From positions 1 through 64,000 of IMG/VR virus record IMGVR_UViG_3300031867_000003: a DNA stretch of 64,000 nt, one strand, 5' to 3'. Each line of letters begins with the position of its first letter. The first letter of the stretch is position 1. The notes beneath the pieces were generated by a model that saw only the letters and a program-made list of their open reading frames with translations, made no database searches and was not told the DNA's origin. Below, piece by piece: positions 29,256-39,678 of this stretch. The DNA comes from a virus (Duplodnaviria; Caudoviricetes). The position numbers were made by a program, and so were the translations under genes.

Positions 29256-32200
29256 ATGAGTAATAATTATACCGTGCTTCATTTACATAGTATGGATTCC
29301 AACCCTAAAAGTGGTTTAACAATAGATTCAGTAACACCGTTTCAGGATTATATATTAAAAGCAAAAGAATGTGGTATGACAGCTATCGCTTTTACAGAAC
29401 ATGGCGCGGTACTACATAACGTTGCTAAAAAGCAGATGTGTGAAAAGAATGGGATAAAATACATCCACGGTCAAGAATTTTATATAACCGAAACAATCGA
29501 TAAAGAAAATTTAGTGAGGGATAATTATCATCTTATAATGCTTGCTAAAAATAAAGAGGGTGTTAGAGAGATTAATTATCTCTCATCAATAGCCAATAAT
29601 CGAGAGGATGGACATTATTATTACACACCGAGGATTGAATTATCTGACGTCCTTAATACTTCTGATAATATTTTAATACTTACTGCTTGTTGTGCCGGCA
29701 TTTTATGTAGAGGGACATCTTCAGTAAAAGAGAAATTTCTTACATTTATAATCAATAATAAACATCGTTGTTGGTTAGAAATACAACCGCATAAGTTCGA
29801 TACTCAAATTCAGTATAATCAGTATCTTTATAAAATATCACAGGAATTTAGTATCCCTCTTGTTGCCACAAGTGATGTGCATGCGGTATCTCAAGATCAC
29901 TTAATGGGAAGAGCCGTCATGCAAAAATCAAAAAAAATTGTGTTTCATGATGAGGATGAATGTGATTTAAGCTGGCATGATTATAACGAAATAATTAATG
30001 CTTTTAAAGCACAGGATTCTCTTCCGGAAGAAGTTTATCTTGATGCTATAGCTGAAACAAATCATATTGCAGAGTTAATTGAGGATTATAAATTAGATTA
30101 CAGTAATAAATATCCAAGAAGAGAAAATGCGGAAGAGGAATTTAAAAAACGTATCAAGGATGGAATTGAAGAGCATAAACTTAAAGAATTGCCAAATTAT
30201 GAGACTGATTATCTTCCGAGGATAAAAGAAGAATTCGACACATATAAGCATAATGATGCTATAGATTTTATGTTGCTTGACTCTGATTATAAAAATTGGA
30301 TGAGAGAACAAGGCATGTATTATGGACCATCAAGAGGATCTGTATCGGGCAGTTTAATTGCATGGCTTATACATAGCACTGATGTCGATTCTGTAAAATA
30401 TAATTTGAATTTTTCTCGATTTATGAACCCAGACCGCCAATCGTTGGCCGACGTGGATACCGATATTTATGCCGAAGATAGGTATAAAGTACGAGAATAT
30501 TTTTTTAATCGTCCTGACGTATATTGTTGCAACATTCTTACTTTTAATACAATAAAAATGAGAGGCGCCATTAAAGACGTTGCAAGGGCATTTGATATGC
30601 CAATTGATGAAGCACAAAAAATTTCTAATACCGTCTATGAGGATGACAAAAAAAATGAGTTTGTTCCAGATGAAATAAGAAAAAAATATCCAGAACTATT
30701 TTTTTATGTGGATATGGTCATGGGAACAATAGTATCGCTTGGGCGACACGCAGCCGGAATAGTAGTTTCCCCAACTGATTTAAGATATGATTTTGGGACT
30801 CTTACGGTCGATACAGACCCTCGTCCTGTTAGTCAGATTGACATGCATGAAATTGATTCTTTAAATTATGTCAAGATGGATCTTCTTGGATTAAATGCTG
30901 TCGGGTTAATAAACAAAGCATGTAAGTTGGCTGGGATACCAAATCTTACTCCGGATATGGTTGATTTCACGGACGAGAATATTATTAAATCAATTGCTGA
31001 AGATGCAACAATGATATTCCAGTTCGAGTCTGATTATGCTGGAGAAGCATTGAGCAAAGTATTTAGCCCAAAGACTGTTGATAAAATTAAGAAGAAAAAT
31101 AAAAACATATCATATTTGGATATTATGGCAATGGCGTCAGGTGCAATTCGACCGGCTGGTGAATCATATAGAGATGCATTATTCAATGGTGAGTATCACG
31201 ATAACGGTGAAGAAGCCCTAAATAATTTTTTAGTTTCTACGCTGGGGTACCTCGTTTACCAAGAGCAGATTATAGATTTTTTACATGATTTCTGTGGTTT
31301 TACAATGGGTCAAGCCGATATTATTAGAAGAGGATTTGCAAAAAAAACTGGTACTGAAAAATATATCCCTATTATTAAAGATGGTGGATATATGGATGAT
31401 ATTCACGGTAATAAAGATGATAGATATGTTCCTGGATATATACATATAGCACAAGAAAAATATGGTATGACAAAAGAACATGCTGAAAAGAGTATTGAGT
31501 ATTTTCTTGGTGTAATAGAGGATGCCTCGTCGTATATTTTTTCAAAAAATCATTCGGTACCTTACAGTATGATTGGATGGTATATTGGATATTTACGCTA
31601 CTATTATCCGCTTCAGCTTTTTACTGCTGCTTTAAATGTATATAAAGCGAATGAATCCAAGATGATAGAGATAAAAACATATGTAAAATCAAAAGGTATT
31701 CAGATTAGACCTATTAGATTTGGGAAATCTCGTGCGGATTATTTTATGGATGTAGATGAGAATTGTATTTACAATGATATTGAATCTATCAAAGAGTGCA
31801 ATGCAAAAATGGCCGAAGAATTGTATGAGCTGAGTAAAAATAACTATAGTAATTTCGTTGATCTATTATTTGATATAAAAGAAAAAACATCCGTGAATAA
31901 AACACAGATAGATATTTTAATTAAGTTAGGATTTTTTAGTGATTTTGGTGATATAAATCAATTATTACTGATTACAAAATATTTCAATCAGTTATACGGC
32001 AAAAAATCCATCAAAAAAGATTCACCGTTCGTAAAGTTACTCACCGAGGAAACACTCCGTAAATTCTGCGATTCCGAAACACCGACTCATATTGACGAAA
32101 TCGACTATAATCTGTATCTACGTTCCCTCGGAATAGTTAATATCGAGGAAGAACTCCAGGATTGTATTAAATACAAATATGAAAAACATGATGACGGCAC

Positions 32201-32741
32201 TAAGAATAAAATCCCCAACGGCTACAGCTTTACAAAGATATTTAAGAAGTACGAAATAACCGACGAAGAAAAACAGAAGTATGCTACCAAAACCGTATAC
32301 GGCAAATTTGACGGTATCCATACTCGCCGATTACTAAAGTATTTATTAAATGTATGTCAGTATCCTCCGTGCCCGGTTAAACAGAAAATCAAATATGAGG
32401 AAGAACTTCTCGGTTACATTGATTACAAAGATCCAAAACTGCCAAAGAACTATTTCGTAGTCACGCAGCTTGATGATAAATACTCGCCAAAGTTTGTGGC
32501 ATACTGCTTGAATAATGGTTCAACCGTCGAGATGAGGGTGCGTAAAAAGCGTAATCCTAAAAATCGCAATGACAAATGCAAAAAATCGTTTACCGATCAG
32601 CCGTTTGCGAATGGAGATATTTTATATCTGATATCCTGGGGAAAAGAACCAAAGATGAGAAAGACAGATACCGGTTGGGAGAGTGATCCCTCGGTTATGT
32701 ATACTTGGATGTATGATTACGACATGATCGACAATTTATAA
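29256..32741 (+). CDS. dnaE: DNA polymerase III alpha subunit (phage DnaE)
   Basis: PHP domain LHLHS/TEHG, GPSRGS, DVDTD, HAAG, KMDLLGL, FSKNHS. Confidence 0.95.
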   Translation: MSNNYTVLHLHSMDSNPKSGLTIDSVTPFQDYILKAKECGMTAIAFTEHGAVLHNVAKKQMCEKNGIKYIHGQEFYITETIDKENLVRDNYHLIMLAKNKEGVREINYLSSIANNREDGHYYYTPRIELSDVLNTSDNILILTACCAGILCRGTSSVKEKFLTFIINNKHRCWLEIQPHKFDTQIQYNQYLYKISQEFSIPLVATSDVHAVSQDHLMGRAVMQKSKKIVFHDEDECDLSWHDYNEIINAFKAQDSLPEEVYLDAIAETNHIAELIEDYKLDYSNKYPRRENAEEEFKKRIKDGIEEHKLKELPNYETDYLPRIKEEFDTYKHNDAIDFMLLDSDYKNWMREQGMYYGPSRGSVSGSLIAWLIHSTDVDSVKYNLNFSRFMNPDRQSLADVDTDIYAEDRYKVREYFFNRPDVYCCNILTFNTIKMRGAIKDVARAFDMPIDEAQKISNTVYEDDKKNEFVPDEIRKKYPELFFYVDMVMGTIVSLGRHAAGIVVSPTDLRYDFGTLTVDTDPRPVSQIDMHEIDSLNYVKMDLLGLNAVGLINKACKLAGIPNLTPDMVDFTDENIIKSIAEDATMIFQFESDYAGEALSKVFSPKTVDKIKKKNKNISYLDIMAMASGAIRPAGESYRDALFNGEYHDNGEEALNNFLVSTLGYLVYQEQIIDFLHDFCGFTMGQADIIRRGFAKKTGTEKYIPIIKDGGYMDDIHGNKDDRYVPGYIHIAQEKYGMTKEHAEKSIEYFLGVIEDASSYIFSKNHSVPYSMIGWYIGYLRYYYPLQLFTAALNVYKANESKMIEIKTYVKSKGIQIRPIRFGKSRADYFMDVDENCIYNDIESIKECNAKMAEELYELSKNNYSNFVDLLFDIKEKTSVNKTQIDILIKLGFFSDFGDINQLLLITKYFNQLYGKKSIKKDSPFVKLLTEETLRKFCDSETPTHIDEIDYNLYLRSLGIVNIEEELQDCIKYKYEKHDDGTKNKIPNGYSFTKIFKKYEITDEEKQKYATKTVYGKFDGIHTRRLLKYLLNVCQYPPCPVKQKIKYEEELLGYIDYKDPKLPKNYFVVTQLDDKYSPKFVAYCLNNGSTVEMRVRKKRNPKNRNDKCKKSFTDQPFANGDILYLISWGKEPKMRKTDTGWESDPSVMYTWMYDYDMIDNL

Positions 32742-32753
32742 GGAGCAATCGTT

Positions 32754-33284
32754 ATGGAAATAGATGAAATATTAAATGAAATTAATAGTCTTTCCGATGA
32801 ATATAAACAAAAAATATTAGCCGAATTAAGAAAAGTAAGCGAAGAAAAATACAATAGCCAAATTCGAGAAAATGTCAGCGCTAATAGGAAATATGTTGGA
32901 AAATGTTATTGTGAAGATAAGTGCCCGAAAAATGGTATGTTCCCTAAAATGAAAAAATATTACAAAATAATTTCAGAAAGATCAAACAATGATAATTATG
33001 TTTCGGCACTTATATTCTATGAGCATCCATTATATTGGTTTGATTATAAAAGTTCGGCCATAGGTTGTCCCGGAGATTATTTTTTAGGTAACTTTGATTT
33101 TTATGGGTTTTATGTAGATGATATATGGAATAGAACTTTAAATACAATGGAAGAAATTACGAATGACGAATATAATACCGCGGCGCGAAAACACACTGAC
33201 GAATTATTAGAATTAAAATGGAGTGCCGATCATTATCGATTTGGTGGAAAATTACCTACTGATTCAGATTGGGAGAAACAATAA
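32754..33284 (+). CDS. Hypothetical protein
   Basis: 176-aa ORF with RBS. Confidence 0.7.
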   Translation: MEIDEILNEINSLSDEYKQKILAELRKVSEEKYNSQIRENVSANRKYVGKCYCEDKCPKNGMFPKMKKYYKIISERSNNDNYVSALIFYEHPLYWFDYKSSAIGCPGDYFLGNFDFYGFYVDDIWNRTLNTMEEITNDEYNTAARKHTDELLELKWSADHYRFGGKLPTDSDWEKQ

Positions 33285-33286
33285 AA

Positions 33287-33331
33287 TAATTTATTAAATC
33301 CATTGCAATCACTGAACTATAATGCTATAAT
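33287..33331 (+). promoter_or_regulatory. SigA promoter with upstream box variant
   Basis: TAATTTATTAAA 33287-33298; TTGCAA 33303-33308, 17 bp, TG-extended TATAAT 33326-33331. Confidence 0.8.
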
Positions 33332-33344
33332 AGAGGAGTAATAA

Positions 33345-34043
33345 ATGACAGAGTTTAAACAACCGATTAAAGTACTGGAGTTATTCTCCGGCTTCGAGTG
33401 CATGAGTAATGCATTTAGAGAACGAGGATGCCAGTGCTTTACCGTGGATTATGACGAACGTTTTCCGAGTGACCTTCACAAGGACATTCGGGACATAACC
33501 GCCGAAGAGATACTTAATGTTTTCGGCAAACCAGATATAATTTTTCTCGGCACTGATTGCACCACATACTCCGTGGCTGCAATCGGTCGCCACAGAACCA
33601 AAGAACCGAGCGGTAATCTCGCACCTAAAACTGATAAAGCCCGTCTTGCTGATGAACTTAATATCCATTGCATTGAGTTGGTTAGACAATTAAATCCCAC
33701 AATCCAGATTTGGGAGAATCCTGTCGGCGCTCTCCGAAAGATGGATTTTATGAAGTGTATTCCGTATATCAACACTACCACGTATTGCCAGTATGGTTTC
33801 AGCTACCGCAAGGCTACGGACTTTTTTAGTAACATCGACCTTCATTTAAAACCGCCTTGCAAAAATGGCGATCCGTGTCATGAGAAAGCAAGTCGAGGTG
33901 CTAGAACCGGATTACAAGCGATTAAAGATCCGGCACTAAAGGCTATATATCCGCCGGAACTTTGCAAAGATATTGTTGATGAGTGCTTGAAGGTTATTTC
34001 CAGTGGTGAGAAACCGCCACTTTTTAAAGAACCTATTGATTAA
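33345..34043 (+). CDS. Compact phage C5-cytosine methyltransferase-like protein
   Basis: VLELFSG (I), GTDCTTYS (IV variant), WENP (VI), YCQYG..RKAT (VIII variant). Confidence 0.7.
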   Translation: MTEFKQPIKVLELFSGFECMSNAFRERGCQCFTVDYDERFPSDLHKDIRDITAEEILNVFGKPDIIFLGTDCTTYSVAAIGRHRTKEPSGNLAPKTDKARLADELNIHCIELVRQLNPTIQIWENPVGALRKMDFMKCIPYINTTTYCQYGFSYRKATDFFSNIDLHLKPPCKNGDPCHEKASRGARTGLQAIKDPALKAIYPPELCKDIVDECLKVISSGEKPPLFKEPID

Positions 34044-34061
34044 TTATTAAAGGAGAGTATA

Positions 34062-34595
34062 ATGATATTGGAGAATTACCGATACACATAGAAAGAGCAG
34101 GATGAGTTACTGAGGAGTATTACGATTGTCTGCGATACTCGGGAACAAAAGAATGAACATATCACTTCGTACTTCGACAGCAAAAAAATCCCATGGATAA
34201 GTAAGAAATTACCATTCGGAGATTACACATTTTTGATTCCAAAGAACGAGGAACTCGGCATATCTCGCGACTTGTGGTTTGATAAAGTGTGTATTATAGA
34301 AAGAAAAAATTCGCTTGATGAGATAAGTTCCTGTTTTACTGGGTCCAGGGATAGGCTTAAAAAGGAATTTGCACTTGCTCCTGAAAATAAGATGATGATC
34401 ATTGAAAACGCATCATACTCCGACATGGTACTCGGCAACTATGATACGAAGTATGATGCTAAAAGCTTCTGGGCTAGTTACCATAGTTTTTGGAGTGAGT
34501 TCAATTTGCCGATTATGTTTATCCCGGATAAAAAATATACCGGAATGTTTATCAGAGGACATTTTTATTATTACGTGAGGAATATTATTAAATAA
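34062..34595 (+). CDS. ERCC4/XPF-domain nuclease (resolvase-like) with in-frame TAG at 34089
   Basis: AGGAG RBS before ATG 34062; DTREQ, GDY, IERKNS motifs; the DTRE motif lies upstream of the track ORF. Confidence 0.8.
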
Positions 34596-34606
34596 GGAGA
34601 AAGACT

Positions 34607-35062
34607 ATGACGATTAATTTTATTAATGCAGATATTAAAACTGCACCACAGGGTTATACAATGGTTACAGCATTTTCAGCAGACTTCAACTGCGATGTTG
34701 GTATCAATAAAGTAATGGATCAGATGTTTAATATTGAGAAACGTAAATCCAATATTAAAGTATTTAAGGGCAAAAAGCTTGCCCGACTTGATAATTTATA
34801 TATGCTGCTTGTAAAAGACAGTAGTTATGATAAACCGGTATTTGACAATCTTATTGCTTGCCTTGAAGAATTCAAGACCAAGTGTAAAAAGAACGGTATC
34901 ACAAAAGTTGCCATGCCGGCAATTTGTACTGGGAAAAATGGTTTTGCTGTTGATGACGTGATTCAGGCAATTGATGAGATATTTTTCGACACTGATATTA
35001 GTATTGTAATGTATGTAGGTGATGAAGTATTTAGGTATGTTTGTTCCGCATATGAGGGTTAA
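34607..35062 (+). CDS. Macrodomain protein (TARG1/DarG-like, divergent)
   Basis: FSADFNCDVGI, VAMPAICTGKNG; paralog of 60037-60489. Confidence 0.65.
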   Translation: MTINFINADIKTAPQGYTMVTAFSADFNCDVGINKVMDQMFNIEKRKSNIKVFKGKKLARLDNLYMLLVKDSSYDKPVFDNLIACLEEFKTKCKKNGITKVAMPAICTGKNGFAVDDVIQAIDEIFFDTDISIVMYVGDEVFRYVCSAYEG

Positions 35063-35064
35063 TT

Positions 35065-36324
35065 ATGAGCGATTATAAGCCTGTATATTTAGTGATGGTA
35101 TCATCTAACAATAACAATAAATACTATCGTATGCTGGCGAATACCGATGGCGAAACTTTTACGGTTCAGTATGGCAGAGTAGGGGCGAGTTCTCAAACGA
35201 GGACTTACCCTCTGCGAGACTGGGATAAGAAATACAACGAGAAAATCCGCAAAGGTTACGTAGACCAAACACATCTGATGGAAGATTTAATATCGGTGGT
35301 GGATACGAAGCCGGATACTCCGGAGTATAAAGCAATCGAGAACGCTGCTATAGCAGAGATTGTTGACCGCTTAATGAGTATGGCTAAAAAGAAGGTCCAG
35401 CAGAATTACCGTGTGGAATCAAATCAAGTTACTCAGGCGATGGTTGACGAAGCGCAGAAAATAATTGATAGCCTTACAACTATAACAACGATTAAAGCGT
35501 TTAATGAGGAATTGATGAAACTGTTTACCACAATTCCGCGAAAGATGGGTAATGTTAATGATTATCTGGCTAGGTCAACTGATGATTTTGCCCGTATTAT
35601 TAAAGACGAACAAGATCTGCTTGATGTTATGCGAGGCCAGGTAATCACTCACTCGGCTATGGATGATAAACAGACGGCTTGGGATGATAGCGTTGAAAAT
35701 TCTCCGAAGAATGACAAGACCATTCTTGAGGCTATGGGTATTGTGATGAAACCCGTTAACGATGCCGAAGTTGAAGTCATTAAAGATATGTTGGGCGACT
35801 GCAAGGATAAATTCTATCAAGCGTGGAGAGTAACCAATTTGGCTACTCAAAAACGATTTGATGATTTTGTAGATAAAGAAAATATTAAAGATGTTAGGTT
35901 GTTTTGGCATGGGAGCAGAAATGAGAACTGGTGGTCAATTATTAATAATGGTTTGATGATTAGACCTACAAATGCTGTGATTACAGGAAAATTATACGGA
36001 TACGGTATTTACTTCGCCCCTAAAGCAAGAAAATCATTAGGGTATACAAGTTTAAGTGGCAGCTATTGGGCGAGAGGTGATTCATCATCTGGATTTATGG
36101 CATTAATGGAAGTTGCATATGGAGAACCATATGATGTTTATTCTTTTGACAGCAAATACAATTCATTAACTTATGATGAACTTCAAAAGTTTAAAAGAGG
36201 GGCTAATGCATTACATGCTCATGCCGGAGCCGACATGGGTTATGGCAATCCATTAAGAAATGATGAAGTAATAGTATATAAGGAAGATCAAGTAAGTATT
36301 AAATATTTAGTTGAATTGAGGTGA
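35065..36324 (+). CDS. PARP-family ADP-ribosyltransferase (WGR + regulatory + catalytic domains)
   Basis: NNNKYY..QYGRVG (WGR), FTTIPR, WHGS, GYGIYFA..KSLGY, NDEVIVY (H-Y-E triad). Confidence 0.88.
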   Translation: MSDYKPVYLVMVSSNNNNKYYRMLANTDGETFTVQYGRVGASSQTRTYPLRDWDKKYNEKIRKGYVDQTHLMEDLISVVDTKPDTPEYKAIENAAIAEIVDRLMSMAKKKVQQNYRVESNQVTQAMVDEAQKIIDSLTTITTIKAFNEELMKLFTTIPRKMGNVNDYLARSTDDFARIIKDEQDLLDVMRGQVITHSAMDDKQTAWDDSVENSPKNDKTILEAMGIVMKPVNDAEVEVIKDMLGDCKDKFYQAWRVTNLATQKRFDDFVDKENIKDVRLFWHGSRNENWWSIINNGLMIRPTNAVITGKLYGYGIYFAPKARKSLGYTSLSGSYWARGDSSSGFMALMEVAYGEPYDVYSFDSKYNSLTYDELQKFKRGANALHAHAGADMGYGNPLRNDEVIVYKEDQVSIKYLVELR

Positions 36325-37055
36325 TTTATATTGTAGAACCTAATCAAAAATATGGAAGACTAACCACAATTTGTGTTGTTGGCAAGACAAAAGACAGAGC
36401 AAATATTTGGAAATGTATTTGCGATTGTGGCAATTACGTCAATGTTAGATCTCAGAGTTTGACGAGTGGTAATACAAAGTCATGTGGATGCTTGCAAAGA
36501 GAAAGGGTTGGAAAGAAATCTACTGAAAGTCGATTATTAAATAAGTATGATCTTTCTGGTGAATATGGCATTGGATACGCTACAAATGGAGAGGAATTCT
36601 ATTTTGATTTAGAAGATTATACGTTAATAAAAGATTATACATGGTCTATAAATGACACTGGGTATGTAACATCTAATCCATTCGGAAAACATTTAAGAAT
36701 GCATATGCTTGTAATGAATAAAAAAGACAGGTCTGACGGTAAAGATATTGACCATATAAATCATAATACCAAAGATAATAGAAAAGGAAATCTTAGAATA
36801 ATAGAATATTACCAAAACATTACACATTGTATAACTTATTCTAACAATACATCAGGAAGAAAAGGTGTATCTTGGGATAAATCAAGATCAAAATGGATGG
36901 CGACAATTACATATAATAAGAAAACATATCATTTAGGTAGATATGATAATTTTGAAGATGCAGTTAAAGCAAGAGAAGACGCAGAAAAAAGGATTCATAA
37001 AGAATTTCATTATGATGAATCACAAAACGAAGAAAGGGATAAGGCTATATCATGA
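36321..37055 (+). CDS. HNH/AP2 homing endonuclease
   Basis: YGRLT..CICDCG..SCGC, IDHINHN..DNR..NLR, SGRKGVSW..W.A.I..LG.Y. Confidence 0.85.
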   Translation: MIYIVEPNQKYGRLTTICVVGKTKDRANIWKCICDCGNYVNVRSQSLTSGNTKSCGCLQRERVGKKSTESRLLNKYDLSGEYGIGYATNGEEFYFDLEDYTLIKDYTWSINDTGYVTSNPFGKHLRMHMLVMNKKDRSDGKDIDHINHNTKDNRKGNLRIIEYYQNITHCITYSNNTSGRKGVSWDKSRSKWMATITYNKKTYHLGRYDNFEDAVKAREDAEKRIHKEFHYDESQNEERDKAIS

Positions 37056-37426
37056 AGGTTTACGTAATAGAAAAAGGAGTCTATTCCGATCGCCATATAA
37101 TCGGCGTTGTTGAGTCCGAAGAAGAAGCAAAAAACATTGTCGAGGCTATTAAATGCGGAGATTATAATGACAATTCAATTAGTTATGAGGAGTATGACAC
37201 TCGCCAGTTTTTAGATAAGCGATTAAGATATAATGTCACTAGATATAGCGACGGAGACTGGCAAGTGAAATATGATGATTATGACTTGTATAAGGAATTT
37301 AAAGAGAATATTTGTGTTTATTCAGATTACTACGTCATATATGCCAATTCTCCCGATCAGGCTATCAAAATCGCCCAGGACATGAGAGCGGAAGAGTTAG
37401 CTCGTAGGAATGGACTAACAGAATAA
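37052..37426 (+). CDS. Hypothetical protein
   Basis: MKVYVIEKGVYSDRHIIGV; ATGA coupling. Confidence 0.75.
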   Translation: MKVYVIEKGVYSDRHIIGVVESEEEAKNIVEAIKCGDYNDNSISYEEYDTRQFLDKRLRYNVTRYSDGDWQVKYDDYDLYKEFKENICVYSDYYVIYANSPDQAIKIAQDMRAEELARRNGLTE

Positions 37427-37520
37427 TCATAACACAATATATAGTGCTTGGATAACAACATAAACCACAATATATAGAGGAGAATATCCAATGAAAAGAA
37501 TTTTTGATTGGATAAATAAA

Positions 37521-37566
37521 TTAATTATTAAATATGCTTGACGTAATAAATAATCTGTGATAGTAT
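37521..37566 (+). promoter_or_regulatory. SigA promoter with TTAATTATTAAA box, heading the MTase operon
   Basis: Box 37521-37532; TTGACG 37538-37543, 17 bp, TG-extended TAGTAT 37561-37566. Confidence 0.7.
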
Positions 37567-37592
37567 AGTCAACATAAGCACCAACTAAATAT

Positions 37593-37820
37593 TTGAGGAA
37601 GGAGTTCATTATGAATTATCGGACATGTCCAATCTGTGGAAGAGCAATGATCCTGTGCAGTACATACGCACACGGTCAAGTACCTAAAAGGATTTTTAAA
37701 TGTAGCTGCGGTTTCCGGACAGATGTGGATATGTCCGGTTTGTCGTATAGCGACTTTCTTAATCGATATCACTTTGGTGATAGCAACACAAATAACCATA
37801 ACAAACCAATTAATTATTAA
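37593..37820 (+). CDS. Small zinc-ribbon protein
   Basis: CPICG..CSCG; likely start ATG 37611. Confidence 0.6.
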   Translation: MRKEFIMNYRTCPICGRAMILCSTYAHGQVPKRIFKCSCGFRTDVDMSGLSYSDFLNRYHFGDSNTNNHNKPINY

Positions 37821-37830
37821 AGGAGCAATA

Positions 37831-38682
37831 ATGATAACAAACAAAATTAGACTGATTGAGCTATTCGGCGGCGTGGGATGCCAGTCGATAGCATTGAGGG
37901 ATTTGGCTATTGCTAATGGTCTTAATCCGGATGACGTATTTGAACACTATAAATTGGTCGAGTTCGATAAATTTCCGGTCAAAAGCTATAATGCGATTCA
38001 TGGTACGGATTTTGTACCGATGGATATTCAAGAAATTCATGGCGAAGACATAGATGTTGAGGAACCGGACAAATATACGGCAATCTGGACGTACTCGTTC
38101 CCATGTCAAGATCTTTCAGTGGCTGGAAAACAAGCTGGGATGGACAGAGACAGCGGAACTCGTAGTGGATTACTTTGGCAAGTAGAACGTTTATTAAACG
38201 AAGTACATAATCTTCCGAATATCCTTATCATGGAGAACGTCACACAAGTCCATAGCAAAAAGAATCTTCATAACTTTGAAGAATGGTGCCAGTTCCTCGA
38301 ATCCAAAGGATACTACAACTATTGGCAAGACCTTGAAGCCAGTGAGTATGGTGTACCCCAGCACCGCAACCGTTGTTTTATGGTAAGTACCCTCGAAGAA
38401 ATCAACTTCGAATTTCCGCAGCCGATTCCGCTCCATGAGGTTATGAAAGACCGACTCGACCCAGTTGTAGATGAGAAGTTCTATATCAACAATGAAAAAG
38501 CGGATGCTCTCATTCAGCAGCTTATTGCCGACGGTAAACTTGATGAGGAGACAATCCTCGAAGCTGTTGATTTATCAGTTAATAACCCAGACACTCTTGA
38601 TATTGCGAATTGTGTCAGTGCGAGAACAGACCGTGGAATCAGCAACCGCAGATCTGAGGGATCGGGAGTTGTGCAATGTTGA
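37831..38682 (+). CDS. C5-cytosine methyltransferase, N-terminal catalytic part (motifs I-VIII)
   Basis: IELFGGVG, YSFPCQDLS, MENV, PQHRNRCF; motifs IX-X absent; ends in one TRD-like segment. Confidence 0.9.
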   Translation: MITNKIRLIELFGGVGCQSIALRDLAIANGLNPDDVFEHYKLVEFDKFPVKSYNAIHGTDFVPMDIQEIHGEDIDVEEPDKYTAIWTYSFPCQDLSVAGKQAGMDRDSGTRSGLLWQVERLLNEVHNLPNILIMENVTQVHSKKNLHNFEEWCQFLESKGYYNYWQDLEASEYGVPQHRNRCFMVSTLEEINFEFPQPIPLHEVMKDRLDPVVDEKFYINNEKADALIQQLIADGKLDEETILEAVDLSVNNPDTLDIANCVSARTDRGISNRRSEGSGVVQC

Positions 38683-38871
38683 AGAATGAACTAACCTCAA
38701 CAATGCCAATTGTTCTCGGCAGAGTACTTCCTTTGACTTCTGATAAAATACACCAGAATCAGGAAGTATACTATGAGGGGGGTCATCTGTACGATTAAAG
38801 CTACACACTACAAAGACCCTCCAAAAGTATTGGTTAAGGAGATAGTAACAAATGAAGAAAGCAACAATTGA
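38676..38871 (+). pseudogene. TRD-like mini-gene frameshifted at G6 (38777-38782)
   Basis: HQNQEVYYEG then, in the shifted frame, VICTIKATHYKDPPKVLVKE. Confidence 0.7.
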
Positions 38872-39035
38872 CCAACTCGGCTGGCTAGAGCGCGGTAACG
38901 GCAAAACTCAATCTAATGTTGTATACTCTGTGGGGGGTCGCGCCGTGTGTTTGCGCCGGCTGTGGAGTAAAATATTGGATTTACATAATAGATAGGGTAA
39001 AAAGCGATGAAGAAACAAATCACGGCAATTTTTAG
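38852..39035 (+). pseudogene. TRD-like mini-gene frameshifted at G6 (38932-38937)
   Basis: GKTQSNVVYSVG then, in the shifted frame, VAPCVCAGCGVKYWIYII. Confidence 0.7.
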
Positions 39036-39183
39036 AAACATGGGGAGTACTAACGAGGATAGAATACCATCATATAGATTAACCGATGTAGCTGAAGCTA
39101 TATTAGCCAGGGATTATAAAGGATGGGGAAATTATTTTGCTAATGGAGTTATTGAAATTGAAAAACTTGAACCAACCGATTAA
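39007..39183 (+). CDS. TRD-like mini-protein
   Basis: DVAEAILARDYKGWGNYFANGVIE, 58 aa. Confidence 0.7.
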   Translation: MKKQITAIFRNMGSTNEDRIPSYRLTDVAEAILARDYKGWGNYFANGVIEIEKLEPTD

Positions 39184-39346
39184 AGTCGGATTTATCGATT
39201 ACTCCGGTTCGGGCAAAGCCCACCAGTCCAATACTGTATACTCGGCGAATGGCATTTGCCCATGTATTTGTAGCTATGCCAATCGGTATGGCGGAGTACA
39301 ATCCAATATATTAGTACGTGAGAATAATTATGGAAAAAATCAGTAG
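39137..39346 (+). CDS. TRD-like mini-protein
   Basis: GKAHQSNTVYSANGICPCICS..GGVQSNILV. Confidence 0.7.
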   Translation: MLMELLKLKNLNQPIKVGFIDYSGSGKAHQSNTVYSANGICPCICSYANRYGGVQSNILVRENNYGKNQ

Positions 39347-39500
39347 TATTTTTATCGGCAATATTTACGGTCACAAAGATGCCTATGCCGGCGCAGTGTT
39401 TGGAGTGCAAGGGCTGTGTCCGGCAATCAAGGCGAACTCCGGCGGTAATACTCAGCCGATAATAGTGGTGAAAGACAATGGTAACAAATCAGTTAATTAG
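39330..39500 (+). CDS. TRD-like mini-protein
   Basis: IGNIYG..YAGAVFGVQGLCPAIKANSGGNTQPIIVV. Confidence 0.7.
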   Translation: MEKISSIFIGNIYGHKDAYAGAVFGVQGLCPAIKANSGGNTQPIIVVKDNGNKSVN

Positions 39501-39678
39501 ATTAGGTAATATATACGGTTTCACAGGCGGATCGTTTGCCGGCAATGTATATTCTCATCGCGGATTATGTCCTGCGATTAACACTGCCGGCGGTGGCAAC
39601 CGTGAACCGATAGTGATTATTAAGGAGATAAATTATAAAGCTAATCAAACAAATAATATGCGCGTCGAGGGGACGTAA
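39478..39678 (+). CDS. TRD-like mini-protein
   Basis: LGNIYG..FAGNVYSHRGLCPAINTAGGGNREPIVII. Confidence 0.75.
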   Translation: MVTNQLIRLGNIYGFTGGSFAGNVYSHRGLCPAINTAGGGNREPIVIIKEINYKANQTNNMRVEGT

